A stretch of 63,871 nucleotides of DNA, the filler included, from Sphacelaria rigidula (Eukaryota), in NCBI GenBank assembly GCA_964200075.2. It is 6 parts of 6 records of this genome, joined end to end, with 100 filler letters (N's around TTAATTAATTAA, not from the genome) between each part and the next. Parts side by side here need not be neighbours in the genome. Positions count along the whole stretch, not along the records: positions 42,649 to 53,210 come from CAXNAA020006275.1; positions 53,311 to 63,871 come from CAXNAA020006276.1; 4 more parts are not named here. The stretch is one strand, 5' to 3'. Within the stretch, counting starts at the first letter, position 1; every line of letters starts with the position of its first letter. This document shows positions 49,901 to 61,709 of this stretch, in pieces. The translations under genes were made by a program, and so were the position numbers. The notes beneath the pieces are model-generated. The model saw only the letters and a list, made by a program, of their open reading frames with translations, made no database searches and was not told the DNA's origin.

Positions 49901-51400
49901 CCCTCCCCCCAAATTTACCTTCAGGTGGGAACATGACAAAGAAGGGAAATCTGTCAGGCAAAAGTTGAGGATTGTCGTGCAAGGATTTCATGGGGTAGAT
50001 ACGGGCAGAGACAACACTGCTGCAGTCGCTCATTCGGAATCTGTGCGTTCGGTGATCGCGCTAGTGGCCAGAGACAGCCTCCCCCTTTATCAACTGGACG
50101 TGAAGACGGCATTTCTCCAAGCCCGCATGGAACCTGACGACCCAGATGTATACGTTATTCCCAAGGAAGCTTTTGAATGCACTGAGAGACAAACTGAGCA
50201 CATATGGAAATTACGAGCGTGGCGTTACGGACTTCGGACATCACCGCGCGGCTAGCGGGGGACCATTCACTCATTCTTACTCTCACAGGGGTTTATCCAG
50301 TCCCGCCGACGCGTGTCTACATGTCCTCCATGACGGAGATGTGTTATTATTGCTATGTGTTGATGATGTCCTGCTATTAGGCAACGATACTACAAAGATC
50401 GATGAAACCGAAAGACAACTGATGGATCGGTTCGAAGTGGTGGATCTGGGACCTGCTACGTTTTTACTCGGACTGGCTATCAAACGAGACGACTTGACAG
50501 GGAAAATCAAGCTAACCGAGGAGACGTGCGCGAGGAGAATCCCGGACACTTACGGTACGGAAGATTCGAACTCGATGAAGACTACACGGGTGGCCACTGG
50601 GGTGCCTGTAACCTCAAATTTGGACGTTACAGACCTTGTGCAACGTCTGTAACGTCCAAATTTGAGGTTACAGGCACCCCAGCGGTCACCCGTGTACTGC
50701 TGGAGTAGAACTAATAAGTATTGAGGGAAAGGATGAATGGGCACCAGAAAATACAACTTACTTCAGAGCTGCGACGGGATCATTACTGTACTTAAGTCGT
50801 TGTACACGATCGTATATTACGTTCGCTGTTACGATATTATCAAGAGGCATGTCATCTCCTGGGAAACGTGTAATGACAAAGCTGAAAAGAGTGTTGAGAT
50901 ATCCACAAGGTATTACAGAGCTTCGTATTACGTACGGGAACTGTAGAGATGACAACGATGGCAAGCTAGTAGGATACGTAGCCGCAGAACATGCTAGAGA
51001 CCCGGATGAAGGTTCTTGGACAACCGGATACGCATTCTACTTCGCTGGTCGCCCTTTAGATTAATTATCACAAAGGCAAAAAATTATTGCGTTGTCCACA
51101 AAATGGAAGCAGAGTATGTAGCATTGTCAAAGTCTGAACAGTAGTGTGTATACTTACGGGATTTGATGTCTTCCGCTGGATTATAACAGGTTCAGGCAAC
51201 AACAGTTCACGAAGACAACACTGGAGCCCTCAAACTAGCGACAACGGATCGCTATCATCCGCGGACGAAGCACATAGGCGTAAAGCATGACTACATCAGA
51301 TATTTGATCGAAGAGAACGTGGTTGTAGAAGTGAAAATCTCTACGGGAAAGCAGAGAGCAAACCTACTCACGAAATCATTAGGATCATTGAAAGATTGTT
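46952..51400 (+). pseudogene. Copia gag-pol with stops and frameshifts
   Basis: Zn knuckle CSYCHEPSHRHSEC. Protease FFLDCAVSEHM. GAG-pre-IN IWHRRVGP. Integrase FTDELSR...IRCDGGGEF. RT QLDVKTAFL...YGLR...LLLCVDDVLL. RNase H EAEYVALS...EDNTGA...RTKHI. Confidence 0.95.
50585..50694. mobile_element. 110-bp palindromic MITE with TA TSD, inserted in the Copia RT region
   Basis: TA|CACGGGTGGCCACTGGGGTGCCTGTAACCTCAAATTTGGACGTTACAGAC...GTCTGTAACGTCCAAATTTGAGGTTACAGGCACCCCAGCGGTCACCCGTG|TA. Removing it restores the frame (MKTTAGVE...YFRAATGSLLYLSRCTR). Confidence 0.95.
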
Positions 51401-51497
51401 GAAGTAAGACAGATGTCGATGCAGTCTCAAGTGGTTGCGATTAAATTTGAATAATGTTTCGAGAGTACAAAAAAATGCTCTCAGTCTCGAGAGGGCG

Positions 51498-51769
51498 TGT
51501 TAAGGTGTACGTGCATTGGTTCGAGACTATCAACCATTAGCTATGGTTTTCGTATCGATACAGGAGCTTCATCTTTACAGTTGCATGTGTGTAATGCGGC
51601 GTAATTACTGTCTCTGTAGTAGGATATTTGTATGTGATCGTGTATAATGGAAAATTCAGTCTGTTGTTCCCATCATCTTGGTCAAGCGCTAGGCCTCTCC
51701 ACGAGCCCTGAAGGAAGGCATAAACAGCAACATCACACCTGAGGTGTGACTAGGTTCAGCTTCCTTTCA
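51498..51769 (+). repeat. Copia 3' LTR (272 bp), preceded by PPT GAGAGGGCG (51489-51497)
   Basis: TGTTAAGGTGTACGTGCAT...TTTCA. Confidence 0.95.
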
Positions 51770-52427
51770 TGCAGCACGACCACCGCACGTGCATCGACTC
51801 CTGTCGTTAGGTGGTGTCGGCGTTCTGCACAGCGACCAAACTGCCCGGATCCGTTGGTATGACCAATGTGCTAAACGCTGAAGGAACAGCGTCGGATGAC
51901 GTTATTTTTCTCTCTCTTGACATTCTTCGCACCGAAGTTCCGCCTGCACCGCACCGGACGGTCGATGTGGCTACCTGTCCTTCGAAGCACACACCGGCGT
52001 CATTTCCGCGGTATCACTATTTTGATTTGGAGAGGTTGCTATAACTGCTACATGTCCTAAAAATTTGGATGTCAATAACCGAAATGTTGGGGTCCTACGG
52101 GAAAATCCAATTTCGGGGAATTTCGGCGATCCGGCGTTGCTGACGACACAACTAGTCGGCAGAACGTGTGCGTGTGTGAGTTATACCTTGCGCGGCGATC
52201 CCGCAAGCACGCTTCACGTGCCATCCCAGCGACAGCGGCATGCACATGATTGTAACGTCTTTCCTACTGACGGGCAATACCGATTGTTGCATGCATGACT
52301 GCGGGAAAAGATATTCCCAAGACTAAAAGAATGGTGCTCCGGTATAGGGATGCACAAATCTTCCCTGGGGTTCGAAATTTTAGGAGCCCTCCATCCCACC
52401 CAAAAAACAACAATGTTTTCGTGAGAT

Positions 52428-52828
52428 AACAGACAATTCTATAAAATGAGGTTGTACGATGAAATGAGGTTCAAGCCCAAAACCATGCTTCCCCCACATT
52501 TTCAGCGATGGTGCCCGATGACCTTTTTTGTCGGCCTAATGCCCCTCGATCGTGTAGATACTTCTTGAGCGCATTTTCCCGACTCTGTGAGCTTGTAGCG
52601 CTGACCGTAACCGTCATTTTCCCTGATACCACCCGTTAAAAATCAGGGCAGATGACGGTTTCGGTCAGCGCTGTACGCTGACAGAGTCGGTAAAATGCGC
52701 TGAAGAAGTATCTACGCGATCGAGGGGCATTAGGTCATCGAGCACAATCGCTGCAAGTGTGGGAAAAGCCAGTTTTCGGGCGTGAACCTCATTCCATCGT
52801 ACAACCTCATTTTCTAGAATTGTCCGTT
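52428..52828. mobile_element. Palindromic MITE (~400 bp)
   Basis: AACAGACAATTCTATAAAATGAGGTTGTACGATG / CATCGTACAACCTCATTTTCTAGAATTGTCCGTT. Arms are inverted to the centre near 52635. Confidence 0.9.
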
Positions 52829-53210
52829 GGATTGAATGTCTTGTGTTGATTGAGAGTGAGTTTTATTATTCGCTCTAGCTACTTGTAGCTCGACCAATTT
52901 TCCATTTGGGTGTACTTTTCTTTGCCTGGAACATTGTCATGTGCTCACAGCTTCACGTCGATATCCTGCTTGAGGATATCAGAGGCTTCCATGGCAAGCT
53001 ACTACATTTCGGAACTTAAACTATCAATATTCGATTAATTAATTAGTTGACTGATCGCTTCTCACTCTCTCAAACCCACATGCGTATCCTTGACTGAATC
53101 TCGCAATAATATTGTTTGGGCAATGGCCTAGAAAAGGTACACCTTCTCGTTTTTTGCCCAAGAAAGGTACGAAAAAATGGCCAGAAACGCAAAAACGATC
53201 ACACACGCCA

Positions 53211-53310
53211 NNNNNNNNNNNNNNNNNNNNNNNNNNNNNNNNNNNNNNNNNNNNTTAATTAATTAANNNNNNNNNNNNNNNNNNNNNNNNNNNNNNNNNN
53301 NNNNNNNNNN
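53211..53310. other. Artificial contig spacer
   Basis: N44-TTAATTAATTAA-N44. Confidence 0.99.
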
Positions 53311-53507
53311 GGATTCGAGGTCAATGGTCTGATGACTATGGCATGCATGATCATGAGTACACCCACCCCCCATCGTAGCATGACTCTCTGTATGTCTGTC
53401 TGTCTGTCTCGCTCTCTCTCGCACCGCGCACAACGATGGGACTACATTGAATGTGGGCACTGAAACTAATGCAGCGCAACAGGACACGGTCACACGCATC
53501 CACACAC

Positions 53508-54247
53508 CTGCACCATTGTGAAGCGGGCCTCGTGTGCCCCGACTTCCGAGGGTAGGTATTCCACAGTAATCACCACGGTTTCGCCCTCAGCCGCACTGTA
53601 GTCTCTTGGAAACACACAGAATGGTCCCACCTGAAGATATTAGCACAGGCACAACCGCGATCGACGCCACGACCACCCATCGCGACACAAAATCTCTTGA
53701 ACGTTGGTTCCGGAGCTGTTCTGAAACCGACGCGAGTCATGTTGAGCAAAATGCGACATCTTCGTCATCATTGACTCCGAAGTCTGAAGAGTACTGCGAG
53801 ATGGACATATCCAGCAGCAGTACCGTATACATCTCGGTTCGTCATGGCGGTAAAGATACAATGCATGCAAGGAGTCTACTGCGGTATCGCATCCAGTAGC
53901 TGTCATCACTGTGGTGTATGACCGGAGCTTGTGTAGTAAGATATACATATATATATATATATATATACATACTTCGAAGTATGAGGTTGGAAGGATATCG
54001 CGAAGTGTGACTTGAAGAACAGTGTAGACGTCTACCGTCAATCTCGCGAAATATTGGGCACTACAGTCGAACGTTCTGCCCAGCACCTGGAGGTTTTGCA
54101 GATCGTCGTCAGCTACCACCTCGGAGGTGAGGTGTTGGTCATCATCAATATCCTCCTCTTGATTCCCACGGGCGATTGGATCGGCACCACCATTGTGTGC
54201 GCTGATACGTTTTGTCGTTGTTGTTGTTACATTTGCGGGGCGATAGC

Positions 54248-54287
<40 letters not shown>

Positions 54288-54417
54288 GTTGTTGTTGGGT
54301 GGCCGGGGGGGGGGGGGAAAAAACCAGACACCCGACACGAAANNNNNNNNNNGCGGCCTCGGGGGGGGGCTTCGCTGCGTTTTGGTTTGGTGTTGGTGTT
54401 GTTTTTTTTGTGTGGGT

Positions 54418-54470
<53 letters not shown>

Positions 54471-57400
54471 CTGGTAAGGCAGTTTGTACCTGGGTAACCC
54501 GGCTTGGAGGTACAAAACTCGTGCAGCAGCTACAGCATTGCAGCTAAGGGTTGAGGGATGCGTAGCGGACGTTCGACACAGTCTCACAGGCGGAAGATGT
54601 TTAGATCCCATGAGTATTATCCCAAGCTGAGGTAGCTTGTGAAACAATTATACCCATATGATTAAGAGACATCAGGTCATTCACCAATCCTTTTCCCCTC
54701 TATGCAGCAGAGAAAATCTCCAAGTTGCAACAATTTCCCTCAACCTATTTTACAAGGTTGATGGAGGATCAATATACTAAATACAGGCACCGTGGCGCCA
54801 TATCTCGTTCTACTGGAAGGTAGGTGCCCATAGTGAGAACATCTGTGGCTGTAACATGTAGTTGATCGTCGACTAGTTGACTGGTTGACTGGTTGGTTGA
54901 GTGACTGACCGACTGATTTATTTATTTATTCATTCATTCATTTTTTGTCGTCCATCAAGCAATCCGCAACGAATCCAACAGTGATCACAAGATAGACGTG
55001 CCGGAGGTAAATAGTCGGAAGCAAATCTTGAAGGAAACCGAATAAGGGGATCCGGCGGAAACGAAGAGGGAATACTCTGAATTGCAAACGAAAGACAAAG
55101 AGGAAGGCAATGAACGAAAAAAAAATACAACCAAACATTACGGGATAATTCAGTACCGGCCTCGACAGAAGAAGAAAGGCGAACGGAAGAGGAAGAAGGA
55201 AAACGGCAAGCCCCTGCCGCATGACTCGAACTGAAGGATTCCTACAAAAGCAATCGAAATATGGCTCTTTAAGCAAATTGTGGCCGAGATATCGAAGGGC
55301 CCTACTATGTGGACAGGAAATCTACCCACAAACTCTGCAGGGGTGGGACAGAAACACTACTGCTGGATAAGAGAAAAAACACCCAAGTATAAAGCCGAAA
55401 CGAAACGAATCGACCAAGAGACGAAAAGACGACGAAAACAGAGGACCCGAGGACGAAAGAGGGAGAAGAAGAGAAGAGAAAGCAGAAAAAAGGAAGAGCT
55501 GAAGACAAAAAATATTGATATTCAGAGGGAGGCACGACGTAGAGCATACATCAAGGAGTATAACGAAGGAAAATGGCTCGAGTTAGGGATAAGGTCAACA
55601 ACCGATCGGACAGGATAGTGGCACGTGCTACCCCAATGGGCGAAGGAGTGTTATGAAGCATGGCATTGCAGAGACCCACGCCCATCCGACCTACGTCACA
55701 AGAGAGGGGCTGTTGCACTGAGAGCCACCAAATGAAGAGAAACCACACTTGCCCCTGTAGCAACAGCCCGTCAAGACTCCAAGGTGGGAGTTGTCTAGAG
55801 AGTAACCTGCTTTGCCCCTGACTAGGGAGCCCATACTCTTTACGGAATATAGCCAATCATGCAAGTCGTTGACCTCCGTACCGTCGACAAGGTATTTCCT
55901 CCGCTACCCCTCGCGTTGGGATAGCCCCGAAGGTACGCAGACTCTCCTCAAGGCGGTTGCCTCAGTGGATTGGAGGCCTCCCAGCGTTCTTGGGTCCTTG
56001 TGCGGCCAATCATCCGCGTGCAAAATGTGCTACGGAAGACGCAATTCATCCTGTCAGACAAGTGCTCCCGCGTACTAAATTCGGCGCTTGCGGGTTATCC
56101 TTTTGATGTGTCGCATTCGATCATCTCGAGCATAGTTAGCTTTGGGTCAACTTCAACCCTTCCTGTCAAAGCCTACTTTCATTTTAGATTTGGTTTCACT
56201 CGCAAACCCTCGCTTTTCTCTCGACGAGTCCGTGGTGTCAAGGGGTTCGCCCATCCGTCCCTCAGCACACGCCTTATACTTCGGCATGGTGGATCGGACT
56301 AGCACTCCCGTACCGCGCCGGCGGTTGGCTAACACACTCAGCCAATCAGACTCGTCCTGACTTTTTGAACGGCAGAATTCAGATACTTCTGAGAAAAAGC
56401 CAAACAGGACGCATCTTGCGAGAATAACAACTACGTCGTATAACGCTGTCAACTGTACCCTTGACCGTTACGCCGTCGGGGCGCGGCGGTACTGCCTGTG
56501 CTATCACCAGGTGCTGCGGTGCTGCTCGCGGTGAGCAATGCACAGGATACCGATATCGTCCGGTTGCAGCATCCATGCAGAACACCCCTAGAGCACAGCT
56601 GTCGGCACCTCTGGTTTACGCCGCCGGAGTTTCAGAGAGGGCTGAGAAATTGGTCGGTCGTAGGGTTGAGGGCGATATTTTCGGGGGCATGCCCACCCAG
56701 CACCGATGCGGCGCTTGATTTCGATGAAAATATTCGGGTCTGCGTTGACAGCATCACCAAGGTAGACACACCCGCCCGTCTGCTGATATTATCAGCCTGC
56801 AGCTTCATGTACAGTGCAGCCACTGGGGAGCTGGGTACTGACTGCAGGCACATGGACTTAAGTTTTTCCCCGATATCTGTCGTCCAAACTCCTGACAGAT
56901 GACCACCATCACGCGATCATCCTAGCATGCACGTCCGGGGGCCTCAAGGCTATGCTGGCGTCGTCCGTGTACAGCTTACCATATGGTGCACACCGCACCC
57001 TCTCCAGCGATTCTGGCGTTGTCCCGCTCCTACGGTACCTCACCAGTCGTCCAAAAAAGCAGTGATGACGGTTTGAAAGTGGTACAGGATTTCCGAAGGC
57101 TCCGTGACCAATCCAAGCTTGGAGAATTCAGCAGGTAACTCATACGGCTCCATGTCTTGCTACTAGTCTCATCTCTTAGTGCCTTCTCCGCTCATCCAGG
57201 CTCAGCGGGTCTCGACGAGATATGGCTTTCGGCCGTGGTGTGATGTTCTCGATGATGATTCGATCGATGATTACCCAGATTTTTACTCGGCGAAGCAGAG
57301 AAGTATCGTCTCCACCTCTCACAGATTAACTTGGGCCGCAGAAGTTTCCCGTCCTCGTCTATAGAGTGCTACTCACTCCATAGCTTTCGCCCCACAAATC

Positions 57401-60400
57401 CCCATCCTCCTTTTTGCGCCCGTACCACATGTACCGCTGCAGTTTCCTCACGTGCACATCCATGTACTTGTCCAACCGTGCTTGTGCAACCTCTCTGAGC
57501 CGCGTGCTCGTTGCTCGCAAGTTGCGCCATGCAGATCTACCTCTCGATCCCACTCGTACCGCCAACCTTACCCTCTCGCTATCGTTTCACGCCTCTTGGA
57601 GTGGGCTTGAATTGCAGCATTCTCGAACCACCCTTGTACACGGAGCTATGAGGTTGCGGATGGCCTCGATCGTGTCGGATGTCGGGAGTATGTCGGTGAG
57701 ATCGCAGCCCATTCATCGACAGTACCTCCGGGACCGCTGTGTTTGAGCATGCTGACGATTAGCTGTACGAGGTGCCCCCTGCTATGTGTCAGACGTGAGT
57801 ATGTTCGACGGTGTCTGTTTGATGCAATTCAACCGAGGGTCCGTACTCTGCCCCATTCGATGGTGTGTCTGATCTCGGTGAGTTGAGTGGTTGGAGTTGG
57901 CCGGTGATATTTTATAAAAGTAGGCGGTGGGCTTGCCGTGTTTGATGTATTCAACACGTCTTCTGTCCGCGGGATGGTTCACAATACCTTTGAACGTATG
58001 CGATGTGCCTACCTTGGGGGTAGAAAAGAATGGTGACCAGGGCAAGCCTGTTACCACTAGTGACGTTTAAGAGTGCAGTACCATTGCTGTCGCTGGCGTG
58101 GGGGTATGCCCCTACGACGTTTCGACCTTCCTCCCCTCCTCTTACCCCAGTCCTAGCGTTGACATTCATCGAAAGAGCTAGGTGGTAGTTGTTGGGAACA
58201 TGGTTTACCATGCCGTCCAACTCAGTCCAACACGTGTCTCTCCATCTTCTTGACTTCGCCGTGTCTCTGCCGGCATTGCCAAGTGCACATGGGTGACGTC
58301 GCGACCTGTTGATTCGTACTTCGCAAAGCCACCACAACATGACCACTCCCATTCTGTACCTTGAGGAAGGATGTAATAGCGTTGTCGGTTGCCACTGTGA
58401 GCTCCCCAACACGGGATCTGTTTCAAGCTCTATTTACGCCCACACGATTCCCTCTTCATGGCGTCCTCCTTTCTTGGTCTTCTTGTCATTCAGGCGAGTC
58501 CTTTCATGTTTGGATTTCATCCTCGGCCAATACATCTAGGTACAAACCTTGCATTTGAATTTCACGGTACGGGTACAACTGTCCCAGCCCACGTCGGCCG
58601 CTTGCACCGATTTGCTGAATATGGCGTTCATGCACTTGTACCGTATATTCATCGATGTGTTTCCCGTGACAGAGTCCCAACTCTCGGTAAAATCCTGTAG
58701 CTGCGGGGGTGAGCTTTCGTCCGAGTGTGAAGTAAACGTCCGCGGCTGCGGGATTGACTTTTGAGAGTAATACTGCTGACATAGCCCGCCGGCTAGTCTG
58801 CATGTTAAATCATAGCTGACGCAGTATAGTGTACAGGCTCGTCTGTAGTGTTCGCCGTAGACCACCATTCATCGTCTAACGGGCGGCTACCGGGCAACTG
58901 TCGGGCGGCGGAGAAGAGTGAGATATCTAAGTAAAAATACTACTGGACTCTGAGTATGGAATCTAGACTGTTTCGAGATATCGATATCATTGACCGCGAT
59001 TCAGAAACTCGCACTGATGTGAAACACGACGTGAGAAAACGACCGACTGACCTGCCGCGTACCCAGCAGATCACCTCGCCACCGATAGTAGATCGAGGTA
59101 GGAAATTGTCAGGTCCTCTAGCGAGTTTTCCTGTGTATTACGTGGCCTAGCAAGCGGAGTATTCAGGCTGGAAGAAATATCCCTCTGTTTCAATTAAGAG
59201 GAGACAGGCACTTCGTTCCCCATGGACAGTACCTGGAATTGCGCTGCGAGTGCTGTGAAAGCCGGAAGCGGACCGGACCTCCCGTGTTGCGGATCGCGAA
59301 CCGGATCGTTTTCCCCTCGCCCAGCAAGCACCCTTCGCAATCCAAGATACCCGACGGTGGAAGCGAAAGGCAGGGCCTACGTCGATGCGCAAATATTGGT
59401 ACCTGTAGAGGTATCGGAAAGCACCACCACCCTCGTGAGGGAAATCGTAGCCTCAACAGCCCCAAATACACCTTTATTAGAGACTCCGAAACTTAGGGTC
59501 GTGGAAACATATCGGCACCATATGTCTTTACGCTCTGGTTCTAAGTCTCGCGGCGCAGGTTATCCTCATCTATCTCGAGATCATGAACGTTGGATAAAGA
59601 TACTGCCGAGAAGGTGATATTCCGTGTAATATGTCATGCGCGGGAAGCACCGAACATCAAGTCGGACGGTGTAAACGCCTCCGGTAGCCCTTGAGGGGGC
59701 AGTAGGTGTCAAAATACTTTCCTGCGAACGCGTCACAAGGGTTTGCCTGAGGCTCTTGAAAACTCGTTCGCTGGCCCAAGGAAATGAACCGTTCTGCCGG
59801 ACAACGGGAAGAGCCTGGGTTTTCAGCACAGTAGTGGATGAAGTAGTCCACAACCAGAGCCTCTAGGAATTTATATCCGGCCGTTCTGAACCCTGTTGCC
59901 CAAACGTTTGGCGATACTACGCTACCCTCTCCAAGTCGATTGCACAGATGTCTATCTTGCCACCATTATACGAATCAGGATGAATATCTTTGGGTTGTAG
60001 GCAACGAAAAGTAGGGAAGCGGGGGCTTCCATCAATGTTACAGTTCGTAGAAGACACGACGAAATTACAGTTCGAAAGGGGGAATTGGAAATTCCGACGC
60101 GTCGTGGACTAAAACGCTGCATAACGTTGAACTTTTTTGCGGCTTCTTCCTCGAAGTTGGCGGCGGTGACACTCTCCTCTAGAACGCTAAGAATGATGCC
60201 TCCTTCTCAACTCCGAACATCGACACCCCCAACATAGCCCTGATAGCCCCAAAACATATGGGGCAACCGTGTACTCGACGGTTGAGTACACGGTTGCCCC
60301 ATATCTTTTGGGGCTGTATGGGGCAACCGTGGGGGTAGCGTCCATCCTACGCTTATATATTCGTGCACCAATGTTTTTCGAAGAAAATGATACATGTTGT

Positions 60401-61709
60401 ATCGCATATTGGATCGCGGGTCCTACAGCAGTACCGTCTTGCCTCGAAGGTTCCAGCTTCCGTCACGACCAAGATGACATCATGATACTCCCTCAGGCTG
60501 TCTGGGGTGAAGTCCACCAAAACCTTCGCCCCCACACCCGGAGCAATCGTGCCGCTGCCCGTGACCGCTCCAGAGTCAAAATCTACCTCAGAAGATGGGA
60601 AAATGACCTGTTCATAAAGAACAGATGACGATCGAGTGCCCCGGAGGCACACTCTATCTTGTGACCGCGATTGTATTCGTGGGGGACCGGTTGATACGCG
60701 ACAAACAATCAGCCAATAAATCGATCGAGCAGTTAACATGCGAATACGCGCGTCAAAAGTTGGAAATGAGGCATCTACGTTAGTGTTTGGCCGGGGGGGG
60801 GGGGGTGCGGCTTCTGGCCGTTGTGGGACTTGATGTACAATATGTGTCATCGTAGCAGAACATTCTTCTCCGGTGCGAGAATTCAGACCGGTGGTCATGG
60901 AGTGCATGCCGTACCGCTCGCGTGACAATTCCAGAGTCATTATCCAAACGGGAAGATAGCGGCACGTACTCCGCATGAAAAATGCATATGTGTCGGCTCT
61001 AGACCAGATGCATACCACGAAGAGGACAGATCGGCTCAGGAGTGAGCATGGCTCCCGCTGTACACGTTGCCGCGTTTGCGTATCTGTGTGTGTGTGTCAT
61101 CACGCTGGAAAACCACGCTGTAGCGCTCAGTGGGTAAGTTCCTGCTATATGATCACATTGCATTGCTGCTTGCCATAAACATTTTCATCAATCACAGGGT
61201 TAACGTCAGTACTACTGGGTGTGGGTGCTCCAGATGAATAATCTTATTCGAAATAAAGAGTAAACGAGGCCCGGAGGAATTGTGAACAAGGCCCATTTTT
61301 ACAGGAAACACGCGCCAGAAGGTCTCGACAAGAGTCTGATGATACTCCGTATACTTCAGGACAAGGGGCACTTTAGTGCGGGTTTGTGACAAAAGGGGTC
61401 ATTGTACTGCGGTCTGATCTCTCTGACCCCGAGCATATTTTAGAATATTTTTAGCAGAATCATTCGCCCTCGCGTCGGCTGAAAAACAGTTTTCCAATCA
61501 TGTGAGCGTGATCCCATGAGAGCACGTTACCCCCTCTCAAAGAGATAGAACGTGACGTGTGAAAGTGGAGGCAGATTGCTGTGCATCAATCATGCCGTGT
61601 ATACCACGTCTCAAAATACACCTGTGCGATGCTGAAGTACTCCGTTGCAGGGGGCAGAAGCGTAAACCCGCGGCTGAGGCAGGTGATGTTCCGCAAGATA
61701 AGCTCCGCT
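53508..61709 (-). CDS. DLEC1: DLEC1/CFAP81 homologue (ASH-domain ciliary protein), partial: exons 61622-61709, 60443-60607, 59233-59402, 54087-54201, 53508-53630
   Basis: Phase-compatible spliced peptide AELILRNITCLSRGFTLLPPATEYFSIAQ|VIFP...GTIAPGVGAKVLVDFTPDSLREYHDVILVVTEAGTFE|VPIFAHRRRPCLSLPPSGILDCEGCLLGEGKTIRFAIRNTGG...|...LQNLQ|VGPFCVFPRDY...VVITVEYLPSEVGAHEARFTMVQ. This matches recalled DLEC1 motifs (VLPPSTPYF, APGM..VQFxPD, RRPPPVLTL..LDCGYCLIG). No stops in these exons. Confidence 0.85.
54254..54468. other. Poly-G low-quality segment with an internal N gap
   Basis: Long G homopolymers around a 10-N gap, likely a sequencing or assembly artefact. Confidence 0.7.
54872..55005 (-). repeat. 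Retroelement-like 3' end with a compound 4-nt microsatellite tail
   Basis: (GTTG/ACTG/ATTT/ATTC)n adjoining TGTCGTCC...AATCCAACAGTGATCACAAGATAGACGTGCC, related to 13042-13140 and 63625-63712. Confidence 0.55.
56340..58420 (-). mobile_element. Decayed, internally deleted RTE-like LINE within a DLEC1 intron
   Basis: APE endonuclease remnants (MNVNARTG, DSNGTALL, FFSTPKVGTSHTF, RVEYI). RT box YGKLYTDDASI (~56950-56985), followed by VICQEFG. Confidence 0.8.

Larger units (their letters stand above)
46641..51769 (+). mobile_element. Full-length but decayed Ty1/Copia LTR retrotransposon (5129 bp)
   Basis: TG...CA LTRs. 5-bp TSD TGCAG (46636-46640 and 51770-51774). PBS and PPT present. Domain order gag-PR-IN-RT-RH. 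Confidence 0.97.

Noticed and set aside
53640-54647. 335-aa polyproline (formin/extensin-like) ORF and antisense poly-Gly ORFs
   Set aside because: They are produced by poly-G tracts around an N gap. Only 54087-54201 is supported, as a DLEC1 exon.
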